A stretch of DNA of 64,000 bases, from NCBI GenBank assembly GCA_902532565.1, contig CACAIR010000002.1, forward strand, positions 9,494 to 73,493, in the 5' to 3' direction. Below are positions 27,408-37,675 of this stretch, one piece after another. This stretch comes from an uncultured Pelagibacteraceae bacterium. Its GTDB lineage: Bacteria; Pseudomonadota; Alphaproteobacteria; Pelagibacterales; Pelagibacteraceae. The notes under the pieces were generated by a model. The model ran no database searches, had not been told where the DNA came from, and saw only the letters and a list, made by a program, of their open reading frames with translations. A program made the position numbers and the translations under genes. The stretch's first letter is position 1. The number at the start of each line of letters is the position of its first letter.

Positions 27408-29189
27408 ATGACTAAAATGACCACAGAGGAAGCTTTTGTAAAAGTTTTACAAATGCATGGTATTGAACATGCTTTCGGAATTATTGGTTCAGCATTTATG
27501 CCAATCTCTGATATTTTTCCAGATGCTGGTATTACATTTTGGGATGTTGCTCATGAAACCAATGGTGGATTAATTGCAGATGGCTATACAAGATCAACAG
27601 GAAAAATGTCAATGGTCATTGCTCAAAATGGACCAGGTATAACTGGATTAGTGACACCAATTAAAACTGCTTATTGGAACCATACACCTTTATTATTAGT
27701 AACACCTCAAGCTGCTAACAAAACTATGGGACAAGGTGGTTTTCAAGAAGTCGAACAAATGAATTTATTTAAAGATATGGTTTGTTACCAAGAGGAAGTA
27801 AGAGATCCATCAAGAATGGCAGAAGTTTTAAATAGAGTGATTGAAAAAGCAATTAGAGGCTCAGCGCCAGCACAAATAAATGTTCCAAGAGATTATTGGA
27901 CACAGGTTATCGATATTGAATTACCACCAATAGTAAGATTAGAGCGACAAGGTGGAGGGGCTGAAGCAATTAATAAAGCTGCAAAACTTTTATCAGACGC
28001 TAAGTTTCCTGTTATTTTATCAGGTGCTGGTGTTGTAATTGGAGGAGCAATAGAGGAAACAAAAAAACTAGCTGAAAAATTAGAATCTCCAGTTTGTTCT
28101 GGTTATCAACATAATGATAGTTTTCCAGGAAGTCATCCATTAGCTGTAGGACCTTTAGGATATAATGGATCAAAAGCTGCAATGGAATTAATTTCTCAAG
28201 CTGATGTTGTTTTAGCTTTGGGAACTAGATTAAATCCGTTTTCTACGCTTCCAGGTTATGGAATTGACTATTGGCCAAAAAAAGCAAACATTATTCAAGT
28301 AGATATTAATCCAGATAGAATTGGCTTAACTAAAAAAGTAACTGTCGGAATCAGTGGAGACGCAAAATTAGTTGCTCAACAAATATTTGAAAAACTTTCT
28401 TCAACCGCTGGAGATATTGATAGACAAAAAAGAAAAGATTTAATTCATCAAACTAAATCAGCATGGTTACAAAAGTTATCAAGCTTAGATCATGAAGAAG
28501 ATGATGAAGGAACAGTTTGGAATAAAGAAGCAAGAGAGAGAGATAAAGACAGAATGTCACCAAGACAAGCTTGGAGAGCAATTCAAGCTGGAATGCCAGA
28601 TGATGTAATTATTTCAAGTGATATTGGAAATAATTGTGCAATAGGTAATGCATATCCTACTTTTGAAAAACCAAGAAAATATTTAGCCCCAGGCTTATTT
28701 GGTCCTTGTGGTTACGGGTTTCCTTCAATATTAGGCGCAAAAATTGGATGCCCTGATGTACCAGTTATCGGTTTTGCAGGAGATGGTGCATTTGGAATAA
28801 GTATGAATGAAATGAGCTCTTGTGCGAGAGAGGAATGGCCCGCGATAACAATGGTTATCTTTAGAAATTACCAATGGGGTGCTGAAAAAAGAAATACAAC
28901 ACTTTGGTTTGATAATAATTTTATTGGAACAGAGCTTGATCCAGAATTAAGTTATGCAAAAGTTGCGGATGCTTGTGGTTTAAAAGGGGTAACAGTTAGA
29001 ACAATGGAAGAAACAGCCCAAGCTATAAAGCAATCTTGTGAAGAGCAAAAAAAAGGAATTACAACATTTATTGAAATAATTCTGAATCAGGAGCTTGGTG
29101 AACCTTTTAGAAGAGATGCCATGAAGAAACCTGTGAGAGTAGCCGGTATTGATAAGGCTGATATGAAGAAACAGCCTTCTTTGACATAG
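27408..29189 (+). CDS. xsc: sulfoacetaldehyde acetyltransferase
   Basis: MTTEEAFVKVLQMHGIEHAFGIIGSA, AQNGPG, ThDP motif GDGAFG...NYQWGAEKRN, GEPFRRDAMKKP. Confidence 0.95.
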   Translation: MTKMTTEEAFVKVLQMHGIEHAFGIIGSAFMPISDIFPDAGITFWDVAHETNGGLIADGYTRSTGKMSMVIAQNGPGITGLVTPIKTAYWNHTPLLLVTPQAANKTMGQGGFQEVEQMNLFKDMVCYQEEVRDPSRMAEVLNRVIEKAIRGSAPAQINVPRDYWTQVIDIELPPIVRLERQGGGAEAINKAAKLLSDAKFPVILSGAGVVIGGAIEETKKLAEKLESPVCSGYQHNDSFPGSHPLAVGPLGYNGSKAAMELISQADVVLALGTRLNPFSTLPGYGIDYWPKKANIIQVDINPDRIGLTKKVTVGISGDAKLVAQQIFEKLSSTAGDIDRQKRKDLIHQTKSAWLQKLSSLDHEEDDEGTVWNKEARERDKDRMSPRQAWRAIQAGMPDDVIISSDIGNNCAIGNAYPTFEKPRKYLAPGLFGPCGYGFPSILGAKIGCPDVPVIGFAGDGAFGISMNEMSSCAREEWPAITMVIFRNYQWGAEKRNTTLWFDNNFIGTELDPELSYAKVADACGLKGVTVRTMEETAQAIKQSCEEQKKGITTFIEIILNQELGEPFRRDAMKKPVRVAGIDKADMKKQPSLT

Positions 29190-29231
29190 TAAAATCTTCC
29201 AAATATTAAACTATTATCGTAAACTTTTATT

Positions 29232-30536
29232 ATGGAAGTTATTAATGATAACAGTTGTAGCTGGATAAATGATCTTAATTTAAGAAGCAATGTACAAAGC
29301 CTTTCATCAAATTTAGATTGTGAATGGTTAATTATAGGTGCAGGCTATACAGGTCTTTCTGCAGCAAGAAAATTAGGACAACTTTATCCTAATAAAAATA
29401 TTATATTGGTTGATGCTCAACTGGCAGGAGAAGGTGCAAGCTCAAGAAACTCAGGTTACCTAGTTGACACAACATTAAATGATGGTTTTACCTCTAATAA
29501 AAAATTAGAAAATTATAAAAAAAAGACAAATATTTATAAACTAGGAATAGAAGCAGTAAAAAAATTTATTAAAGAATATCAAGTAGACTGTGACTGGAAT
29601 GAATGTGGAAAATATTTTGCATCATCAAAATTAGAAGATAAAAAAACTTTACTAAATTTTTCAGAAACTTTATCTAAATTAGGTTTCGAACATAATTTGT
29701 TATTTAATAAAGATCTTAAAAAAAGATTAGGTACCAATTTTTATAATATTGCTCTTTATACAAAAGGAGGAATTTTATTACATCCAGGTAAATTGGTTAG
29801 AGCAATGATTGATACATTACCAAAAAATGTAGATCTTTATGAAAATTCGTTATTATTAGATTGGAAAAAGATTGATAATAGAATTAATTGTATTTTTCAA
29901 AATGGATTAATTAAAACTAAAAAGATTATTTTTGCGACTAATGGATTTTTAAAATCTCTTGGTATTAAATCAAATTACAATTTTCCAATTACATTAACCG
30001 CAAGTATGACAAGACCTTTATTAGATAAAGAATTTGAGTCTATCGGAAAACCTAAAGAGTGGGGTGTCTTACCTATTAGACCAATGGGAGCAACAATAAG
30101 AATGACTAAAGACAGGAGAATATTAATTAGAAATACAGCAGAAGTTTTTAATCCTTATAAAATGCCTAAAATGGAGTTAGATAAAAGATCTATCAATCAA
30201 AAAATAGGAATTAAAAAAAGATTTCCTAAACTTCCAGAAGATATTATTCAATCATCATGGTCAGGAATAGTTTCAAGATCTAGAAACAGTTCTCAAATTT
30301 TTGAAAAAATAGATCAAAATATATTTGTAGCAGGTTGCTATAATGGGTCTGGTATTGGCGTGGCAACTTTATTTGGTGAACAAATAGCAGTTAAAGCGTC
30401 TGATGAATATTCAGAAGAAATTAAAATTATAGAAGAAAGAAAAAAGCCTACTTGGCTCCCTCCAGAACCTTTTTTAAGCATAGGTGTTAGAAGTAGACTA
30501 ATTTACGAAAGAGCAAGAGCTCAATCTGAAATTTAA
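29232..30536 (+). CDS. FAD-dependent oxidoreductase (DadA/PuuB/OrdL family)
   Basis: IIGAGYTGLSAA, GASSRNSG, LHPGKLV, ATNGF, GCYNGSGIG. Confidence 0.85.
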   Translation: MEVINDNSCSWINDLNLRSNVQSLSSNLDCEWLIIGAGYTGLSAARKLGQLYPNKNIILVDAQLAGEGASSRNSGYLVDTTLNDGFTSNKKLENYKKKTNIYKLGIEAVKKFIKEYQVDCDWNECGKYFASSKLEDKKTLLNFSETLSKLGFEHNLLFNKDLKKRLGTNFYNIALYTKGGILLHPGKLVRAMIDTLPKNVDLYENSLLLDWKKIDNRINCIFQNGLIKTKKIIFATNGFLKSLGIKSNYNFPITLTASMTRPLLDKEFESIGKPKEWGVLPIRPMGATIRMTKDRRILIRNTAEVFNPYKMPKMELDKRSINQKIGIKKRFPKLPEDIIQSSWSGIVSRSRNSSQIFEKIDQNIFVAGCYNGSGIGVATLFGEQIAVKASDEYSEEIKIIEERKKPTWLPPEPFLSIGVRSRLIYERARAQSEI

Positions 30537-30563
30537 AATAAATTAAAAAGTTTTTTGAAAGTG

Positions 30564-31769
30564 TTAAAGTTTTTTTAATTTTGCAAAATGTGCAAATTTT
30601 TTTGTAATAAATTTTAAGTCTTTGAAACTTAAACCTTGGTGACATCCTAAAAGAATTCCATTCTTCATTACATCATTAGCTATTTGACCACTTTTTTTAT
30701 GTGCTTTGTAATATAAATTTTTCATAATTGGTTGTCTTAAAATATTCCCAGTAAATATGGTTCTAGTTTGAATATTATTCTTTTCATAAAAAATCTGTAA
30801 TTGTTTTCTATTAAATTTTTTATTTTCTTTAATAACTAATGGAAATGCTAACCAAGGTGTTTTTACACCAGGATATGTTTCTGGTAATTTAAAATATTTT
30901 GAAAATTTTTTGAAATATTGTTTTAAAAAATTAAAATTTCTGTCTCTTAAATTTATATTTTTATTCAACTTTTTTATTTGCTCTAAAGCAAATGCAGCAG
31001 AAATTTCAGAGGGTAGAAAATTATAACCAAGTTCAGAAAATATATATTTTTTATCGTATTGAATTCCTGATATTTTTACATTAAATCTATCTTCAATCTT
31101 TTCCGACTCGTTAAAAGTAGCTGAGGATCTTCCCCAACCCCTAAGAAGCTTTGCATGTTGGTAGAGTTTATAGCTATTAAAACATGCAATACCACCAGAT
31201 CCTGCTCCATTTATTATATGTGATGCATAAAAACTATTAGTTGTTATGTCAGACAATTTTCCTAAATCTTTATTATTTACTTTGTAACCAATAGTGTCTG
31301 CTGAATCTTCAATAACTTTAAGATTATATTTTTTGGCAATTAAGTTTATTCTATTCCAGTCAGCTATATTACCTAATAAATTTGGAATAATCATAGCAAC
31401 AGTTTTTTTATTTATTGATTTTTCGATTTGTTCAGGGTCAGCTAAAAACTTGTTTTCAACTGAACCAATAAAATGTGGTATTAAACCAAGTTGATATATT
31501 GGCGCAACAGTTGTTGCAAAAGTTAAAGATGGTGTAATAATTTCGCTTCCCTTTTTAAATTTAAAAGAACTTAGTGCTAATAAGTTTGCTGATGAGCCTG
31601 AATTAACCATTAGCCCATATTTTTTCCCAAACATTTTAGCAACCTTATTTTCTAATTTTTTAACATGAGGTCCATCAATAAGGTTTAAGCTATTATTCTT
31701 TAAAACATTTACTACAGCCTTAACTTCTTTGTTATCATAAACAGCTTGTCCATAATAAATTTTATGCAT
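30564..31769 (-). CDS. DegT/DnrJ family PLP/PMP enzyme, RfbH/DdhC-like (NDP-4-keto-6-deoxyhexose 3-dehydratase type)
   Basis: VNSGSSANLLA, IEDSAD, SFYASHII (His where aminotransferases have Lys), RGWGR, GYNF, FTGNILRQP. Confidence 0.75.
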   Translation of the reverse strand: MHKIYYGQAVYDNKEVKAVVNVLKNNSLNLIDGPHVKKLENKVAKMFGKKYGLMVNSGSSANLLALSSFKFKKGSEIITPSLTFATTVAPIYQLGLIPHFIGSVENKFLADPEQIEKSINKKTVAMIIPNLLGNIADWNRINLIAKKYNLKVIEDSADTIGYKVNNKDLGKLSDITTNSFYASHIINGAGSGGIACFNSYKLYQHAKLLRGWGRSSATFNESEKIEDRFNVKISGIQYDKKYIFSELGYNFLPSEISAAFALEQIKKLNKNINLRDRNFNFLKQYFKKFSKYFKLPETYPGVKTPWLAFPLVIKENKKFNRKQLQIFYEKNNIQTRTIFTGNILRQPIMKNLYYKAHKKSGQIANDVMKNGILLGCHQGLSFKDLKFITKKFAHFAKLKKL

Positions 31770-31846
31770 TAGGCTTTGATACAGAATAATAAAATAAAAA
31801 CAATATGGTATTTTTGTTAAATATATATTTTTTTTAAGAAAAAAAA

Positions 31847-32620
31847 TTAAATTATAGTCGTTTTTACTGTTCCTAAATTTTTGATCGAACCAACATATAA
31901 ACCCTTACTTTTAATAGGCACAACTCCGACTGATGATCCAGTAAATACCCAAAAATCTTTTTTTAAATTAATTTTGTCTTTTTTAACCTTATTTAAAACA
32001 AATCTAAGTGAATTTAATGGATTTATATAAACCGTGTTAGTATTTCCATTTACACTTTGATTAATCTTTTTATTTAAAATATTTGTTTTTAAATTTCTAA
32101 TATTAATTTTTTTATATTTTTTTATTGGTCCAATTAAAAATTTTACATTAGCACCAAAATCGCTACATAAATCTCCAAAAGATGAAATTCCCTTCTTTTT
32201 TTGCCTATAACCAACAATCTCTATACAAGGCGCCATATGAGAAATATATTTTGTGATATTTCTCATTGTAATTAACTTTTTATCATTAAAAAAAGATTTT
32301 TTGACTTTGTAACAAACTTCTAATTCAATACCTAAAGTACTTTTATTAATCTTTACTTTTTTACCACTTTTTAAAACATTTCTTTTATAAACAGATGCAT
32401 AAAAAGGCTCTTTTTCCTTAAATTTTTTAATTAATGGAATACCTGTTCCAGCAGCCTTAAAGCCAATTGTAGGAAGTTTTATTTTACTTTCACATAACAA
32501 TCTTAATTTTTGAGCTTCTTTAAGTTTTTTTGTAAATTTAGAGGGAATAGGTGAAATAATTTTGTTTTTAAGAAAAGCACTTACAAGTTTGTCAGATGTT
32601 TTTTCTATTAATGATTTCAT
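31847..32620 (-). CDS. FAH-superfamily 2-keto-4-pentenoate hydratase-like protein
   Basis: GFKAAGT, EPFYA, GIELEV, PCIEIVG.R, SDFGAN, TGS, LGTV. Confidence 0.7.
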   Translation of the reverse strand: MKSLIEKTSDKLVSAFLKNKIISPIPSKFTKKLKEAQKLRLLCESKIKLPTIGFKAAGTGIPLIKKFKEKEPFYASVYKRNVLKSGKKVKINKSTLGIELEVCYKVKKSFFNDKKLITMRNITKYISHMAPCIEIVGYRQKKKGISSFGDLCSDFGANVKFLIGPIKKYKKINIRNLKTNILNKKINQSVNGNTNTVYINPLNSLRFVLNKVKKDKINLKKDFWVFTGSSVGVVPIKSKGLYVGSIKNLGTVKTTII

Positions 32621-32624
32621 AATT

Positions 32625-33428
32625 TCAATTTATAACTGACATTGGATCGAGTCTAGTTTGAAACCAATTAATTCTAAAATCTAAATGTGGCCCTGTAGAT
32701 CTACCAGTTGAACCAACTGTTCCAATTATATCACCTTGATTAATTTCATCATTAACAGAAACTAAAATTGTTTCCAGGTGGGAATATATTGTCGATATAC
32801 CGTGACCATGATCCATAATAATTGTTCCTCCGGTGTAATATAAATCGTTTTCTGCCATAGTAACAGTTCCAGAACCAGAGGACTTAATCATGGTACCTTG
32901 TTTTGCAGCAATATCAATTCCATAATGAGGCCATTTTGGCTTACCATTCAAAATTCTTTGACTTCCATAAACTCCACTAATAATTCCTTCAACAGGCATA
33001 ATAAATTTTTCTTTAAAAAAAGGCAGATTTGAATTAATAGATCGAGCTTCTCCAATTTTGTTATTTTCTTCTTTAATTCTTTTATACACAGATTCTGGTG
33101 GGGTTACTTTACTTTCCTCTAAGCCATCTATTCTTTGAATATTATATTTCCTTTTTAAAACTTTTTTAACAATTATATCTTTTTTACTATTAAAAATTTT
33201 TGTGACCGTGATATCAAATTTTCTGTCACGATCTATTCCAAATACAAAATAACCATCTTTAGAAACTTTTACTTTTTTTTTATCTATAAAAATTTTTGCA
33301 GAAGGATCAGTAACACCTACAATGTAATGACCTTGTAAAAACTTACCCTTAAATTCAACTGCATTTAATTGTGTTGTAACAAAAAGGATTATTAAGAAAA
33401 ATAATCTAAATATTATTTTGCTGTCCAT
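32625..33428 (-). CDS. M23 family metallopeptidase
   Basis: Signal peptide; HYGIDIAA, DHGHG...YSHL, GSTGRSTGPHL. Confidence 0.9.
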   Translation of the reverse strand: MDSKIIFRLFFLIILFVTTQLNAVEFKGKFLQGHYIVGVTDPSAKIFIDKKKVKVSKDGYFVFGIDRDRKFDITVTKIFNSKKDIIVKKVLKRKYNIQRIDGLEESKVTPPESVYKRIKEENNKIGEARSINSNLPFFKEKFIMPVEGIISGVYGSQRILNGKPKWPHYGIDIAAKQGTMIKSSGSGTVTMAENDLYYTGGTIIMDHGHGISTIYSHLETILVSVNDEINQGDIIGTVGSTGRSTGPHLDFRINWFQTRLDPMSVIN

Positions 33429-34180
33429 CCACCATCAACCAATAACGAAGTTCCTGTAATCATAGAAGCTGCATTTGAAGACAGAAATACTGCTGCGCTA
33501 GCAACATCTGAAAGTTCCGCAAATTTTCCTAGTGGGATATTTCCTAAAACTTCTTTTTTAAATTTTTTACTTTTTAAAAATTTTTTTGTCATAGGAGTGA
33601 CCACAAAAGTTGGGCAGACTGTATTAACTCTTATATTATATTTAGCTAGATCGATAGACATACCCTTCGTAAGACCTTCCAATCCAAACTTAGTCATATT
33701 ATAGACACTTCTTATTGGTCCACCAACATGTCCCATTTGAGAAGACATATTAACAATTGAACCACCATTGTTTTTTCTATTATTTGATTTTATCATTTTA
33801 AGTGCGCATAATTGCGCGAGATTAAAAGTAGCCATTGTATTAATCTTTACTAGGTATTCCATATTTTTAGTTTTAACTTTTGTAAAATGCTCAGGGATAT
33901 TATTTCCAGCATTATTGATTAAAATATCTATTTTAGGTTGTTTATTTATAATTTCTTTAATTTGATTATAATTTGTAATGTCACAAACATAAGAGATGCA
34001 TTTTCTTTTAAGTTTCTTTATTATTTTAGAAACTTCATCTAAATCTTTTTTTGTTCTACTAATAATCACTAAATTAGCACCAGCCTCTGCCAAAGCAATT
34101 GCACAAGCTCTACCAATTCCTTTTCCAGCACCAGTTACTACAGCAGTCTTATTTTTTAGGTTATAGTTTTTTAAGTACAT
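33413..34180 (-). CDS. SDR oxidoreductase, HpsO-like (candidate DHPS dehydrogenase)
   Basis: TGAGKGIG, NNAG, SSQMGHVGG..RSVYNMTK, PTF..TPMT, VDGGWTA; SDR call secure, HpsO likeness recalled rather than aligned. Confidence 0.6.
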   Translation of the reverse strand: MYLKNYNLKNKTAVVTGAGKGIGRACAIALAEAGANLVIISRTKKDLDEVSKIIKKLKRKCISYVCDITNYNQIKEIINKQPKIDILINNAGNNIPEHFTKVKTKNMEYLVKINTMATFNLAQLCALKMIKSNNRKNNGGSIVNMSSQMGHVGGPIRSVYNMTKFGLEGLTKGMSIDLAKYNIRVNTVCPTFVVTPMTKKFLKSKKFKKEVLGNIPLGKFAELSDVASAAVFLSSNAASMITGTSLLVDGGWTAK

Positions 34181-34773
34181 TACAAAAATAATATTTGAAT
34201 ATCAGTATAAATCAATTCAATAGCAACAATTAAAATTGCTAATAATCCAGCCCAAGCAATCCATTTATATCTTTTTATCCAATTTGAAATTAATGTTGCG
34301 GCAAAAGCCATGAGTAAAATCGATAAAACTAATCCAAATACCAATAAACTATAATGATCACCAGCAGCGCCAGCCACTCCCAAAACATTATCTAAACTCA
34401 TTGTGAAATCAGCCAATAAAATTGTCCAAATGGCTTTAAGAAAACTTGAATTATCAACTTTAATATCTTCATTATGATCAGAACCTGCAATCACATCAGT
34501 ATAAAGTTTGTAAACTATATAAAGCAAAAGAACTCCCCCAAGAAGTCTTAATCCAGTTATCTGTAGTAAATATGCTGTAAGTAAAGTTAAAATTATTCTT
34601 AAAATAACAGCACCACCTATGCCCCAAAAAATAATTTTTTTTCGTTGCTCTAAAGGAAATTTTGATGCGACCATCCCAATTATTATTGCATTATCTCCAG
34701 CTAAAACTAAATCAATTAAAATGATTTGAGTTAATATTGTCAGCTGTTCTGGAGTAAAGAATTCCACAAACAT
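34180..34773 (-). CDS. TerC/YjbE family membrane protein
   Basis: IILIDLVLAGDNAIII, ADFTMSLDNVLGVAGAA. Confidence 0.9.
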   Translation of the reverse strand: MFVEFFTPEQLTILTQIILIDLVLAGDNAIIIGMVASKFPLEQRKKIIFWGIGGAVILRIILTLLTAYLLQITGLRLLGGVLLLYIVYKLYTDVIAGSDHNEDIKVDNSSFLKAIWTILLADFTMSLDNVLGVAGAAGDHYSLLVFGLVLSILLMAFAATLISNWIKRYKWIAWAGLLAILIVAIELIYTDIQILFL

Positions 34774-36368
34774 TAATTTGTAAGTATCATATCTGCACCT
34801 TTTTCTGCAATCATTATTGTTGGTGCATTTGTGTTTCCCGAAGTAATATTTGGCATGATTGATGCATCAATCACTCTTAAGTTTTTGATACCTTTTACTC
34901 TAAGTTTTTCATCAACTACAGCCATATCATCCTGTCCCATCTTACATGTTCCCACAGGATGAAATATAGTTTGAGCATGATTAGATGCTTCTTTAACTAA
35001 TTCTTCATTATCATCAATATGTATTCCAGGTCTATATTCCTCTGGAGAATATCTTTTAAAAGTTTCTGATTCCATTATAATTTTTCTTGTTAATTTAAGT
35101 CCTTTAGCAGCTATTAATCTATCATTCTCAGTTGATAAATAATTTTGTTTTATTTTTGCATAAACTCTAGAGTCTCTATCAACTATATTCACATGACCTC
35201 TGCTTGTAGGTTTTATGTTGGAGACAGTTGGCGTGAAAGCATGAAATTCATGATTTTTTGAGGCACCTAAAGTATCCATACTCATAGGTTGAACATGCCA
35301 TTGTAAATCAGGCAATTCTAATGAGGGATCACTTTTAGCAAACATACATAATTGACTCGCACCCATCGTCATTGGACCACTTCTTTTAAAAACATACTCT
35401 AAACCAATCATCAAATTTCCAAACAAACTATTAATTTTTTTATTTAGTGATTTTAAACCTTTAATTTTATAAACAGGTCGCAACATTAAATGATCATGTA
35501 AATTTTCACCAACACCATTCAAATTTTGTATTATATCTATTCCTAGATTTTTTAATTTCTCAGAATTTCCTATACCCGATACTTGTAATATCTGTGGTGA
35601 CCCAATAGAACCAGATGAAAGAATTATTTCTTTATTTACTTGAACTTTTTTTAATTCATTATCTTGCCAATACTCCACAGCTTTTGCTATTTTTTTTTCA
35701 AAAGTAATTTTTTTAACATGTGCGTGAGTAATAATTTTTAGATTTTTTCTTTTTTTAATAGGATTTAAATAACCAACAGCTGTGCTACATCTAAAACCGT
35801 CTTTTTCTGTTACTTGAAAATAACCACAACCATGATTGTTTCCTGTATTAAAATCCTTAGTTTTTGGAATACCGAATTCCTCGGCTGCATTTTGAAACTC
35901 ATCTAAAAGTGGCAAATGTATTCTTTGGTCAGAAACCGATAATGGACCTCCAACTCCATGAAATTCATTTTCACCTCTCTCTTGATTTTCTGATTTAATA
36001 AAATATGGTAAAACATCATCCCATCCCCAACCAGTATTACCAAGCTGTCTCCAAATATCATAATCTCTGTGCTGACCTCTCATGTAAAGAAGTCCATTGA
36101 TTGAAGAACTACCACCCAGCGTTTTACCTCTTGGATATCTGATTGAAATGTTGTTCATACTTTTGTCAGGTTCTGTTTTGTAGCACCAGTCAGTTTTTGG
36201 GTTATGCATAGTTTTGAAATAACCAACGGGAATATGTATCCAAGGATAATTATCCTTGCCACCTGCCTCTATAAGTAGTACTTTATTCGAAGAATTTTCA
36301 GATAATCTGTTGGCCAAAACACATCCAGCTGATCCTGCTCCAAGAATTATAAAGTCAAATCTATCCAT
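34773..36368 (-). CDS. GMC flavin oxidoreductase (BetA/IseJ-like)
   Basis: GAGSAGCVLANRLSE, RGKTLGGSSSING, GENLHDH, FHPVGTCKMG, SGNTNAPTIMIAEK. Confidence 0.9.
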   Translation of the reverse strand: MDRFDFIILGAGSAGCVLANRLSENSSNKVLLIEAGGKDNYPWIHIPVGYFKTMHNPKTDWCYKTEPDKSMNNISIRYPRGKTLGGSSSINGLLYMRGQHRDYDIWRQLGNTGWGWDDVLPYFIKSENQERGENEFHGVGGPLSVSDQRIHLPLLDEFQNAAEEFGIPKTKDFNTGNNHGCGYFQVTEKDGFRCSTAVGYLNPIKKRKNLKIITHAHVKKITFEKKIAKAVEYWQDNELKKVQVNKEIILSSGSIGSPQILQVSGIGNSEKLKNLGIDIIQNLNGVGENLHDHLMLRPVYKIKGLKSLNKKINSLFGNLMIGLEYVFKRSGPMTMGASQLCMFAKSDPSLELPDLQWHVQPMSMDTLGASKNHEFHAFTPTVSNIKPTSRGHVNIVDRDSRVYAKIKQNYLSTENDRLIAAKGLKLTRKIIMESETFKRYSPEEYRPGIHIDDNEELVKEASNHAQTIFHPVGTCKMGQDDMAVVDEKLRVKGIKNLRVIDASIMPNITSGNTNAPTIMIAEKGADMILTN

Positions 36369-36511
36369 AAAATATAACTGTTATAAATTAATTTTTTTTT
36401 TTTGAAACTTTTATGAATAAATATATTAATTTATTCAATATTAACACTTGTTTTAAATTATAATTTTTGATTAGGTTTCATTTTAAAAAAATAAAGAGAG
36501 GGAAAAAATAA

Positions 36512-37606
36512 ATGAAAAAAATCATTTCAATGTTATTTGCTTCGCTATTAGTACTTGGATTTATATCTAATGCTAATGCAGCAAAAACACTAAAATGTCA
36601 GACAGTTCTTAACACTAAAGCTGATGAAGTTAAAATGTTAAAAGACTTTACTGACACAGTAACAACTTTAACAAGTGGTTCTTTAAAATTTGAAATTTTA
36701 CCTGCTGGTGCTGTTGTTGGAGTTAAAGAAACACTAGATGCAGTCGATAAAGGTTTAATTGATTGTGGATTTGCTTGGACACACTATTGGTCGGGTGATC
36801 ATCCTGCTGCTATGTTATTTGGTTCGCCAGTAGCTGGTGGTGGAGTTGGTATCGACAATATAGCATTCTTATCATGGTTCCAATATGGTGGTGGTAAAGA
36901 ATTATACGACCAACTATGGAAAGAAATGGGAAGAGACATTAAAGGATTTATGATACAACCAGTCGGACCAGAAGCTTTGGGTTGGTTTCCAAAACCAATT
37001 AAAGATATGGCTGACTTTAGAAAATATAAATTCAGAACTCCTCCAGGAATTCCAGGACAAACTTATAAAGATATCGGAATTGCATCTGTAGCAATGGGTG
37101 GTGGAGATATTCTACCAGCTTTAGAAGCAGGTACAATTGATGCTGCTGAATGGTGTTGTCCAAAACCAGATTTAACTTTTGGTTTCCAAAAAGTATTGAA
37201 GCACTACTACCTACAAGGTTTACACCAAGTAGTCGTAAATGCTGACTTTTATATTACTGGAAAAACTTACAATGCAATGTCTGATCATGAGAAGAAGTCT
37301 CTTGAAGTAGCTGCTAATGCATCATTAGCAAAATCTTTAAGTTACAGAATCTATGAGAATGGTAAAGCTTTGAAAGAACTTACAGAAGTTCATGGAGTAA
37401 TTTTAGAAGATACACCTTCAGATTATTTTACAGAATATATGGCTGCTGCAAAAGCTTCTTTAAACAAGAATGCTGCAGAGAACAAATTTTTCAATGAAGT
37501 ATATACTTCAATGAAAGAATTTGCTGATATAGCAGTTCCTTTCTGGAGCGGTTCTCAAATGTCAAACGCTAAGCTAGGAATGGCTCACGCAGCAACATTA
37601 AAGTAA
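36512..37606 (+). CDS. dctP: TRAP transporter substrate-binding protein (TakP/monocarboxylate-like subfamily)
   Basis: Signal peptide; LPAGAVVG..E.LDAV..G, HYWSG, GGGKELY, GWF.KPI, KFRTPPG, IDAAEW. Confidence 0.88.
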   Translation: MKKIISMLFASLLVLGFISNANAAKTLKCQTVLNTKADEVKMLKDFTDTVTTLTSGSLKFEILPAGAVVGVKETLDAVDKGLIDCGFAWTHYWSGDHPAAMLFGSPVAGGGVGIDNIAFLSWFQYGGGKELYDQLWKEMGRDIKGFMIQPVGPEALGWFPKPIKDMADFRKYKFRTPPGIPGQTYKDIGIASVAMGGGDILPALEAGTIDAAEWCCPKPDLTFGFQKVLKHYYLQGLHQVVVNADFYITGKTYNAMSDHEKKSLEVAANASLAKSLSYRIYENGKALKELTEVHGVILEDTPSDYFTEYMAAAKASLNKNAAENKFFNEVYTSMKEFADIAVPFWSGSQMSNAKLGMAHAATLK

Positions 37607-37629
37607 TCAGTAATTAATCTAGATTCAAT

Positions 37630-37663
37630 TAGAGCGGACTTAAAAGTCCGCTCTAGTTTTTTT
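37630..37663 (+). terminator. intrinsic terminator/stabilising hairpin between TRAP SBP and permeases
   Basis: TAGAGCGGACT-TAAA-AGTCCGCTCTA followed by G and a T7 tract. Confidence 0.8.
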
Positions 37664-37675
37664 AACTTAAATTAT

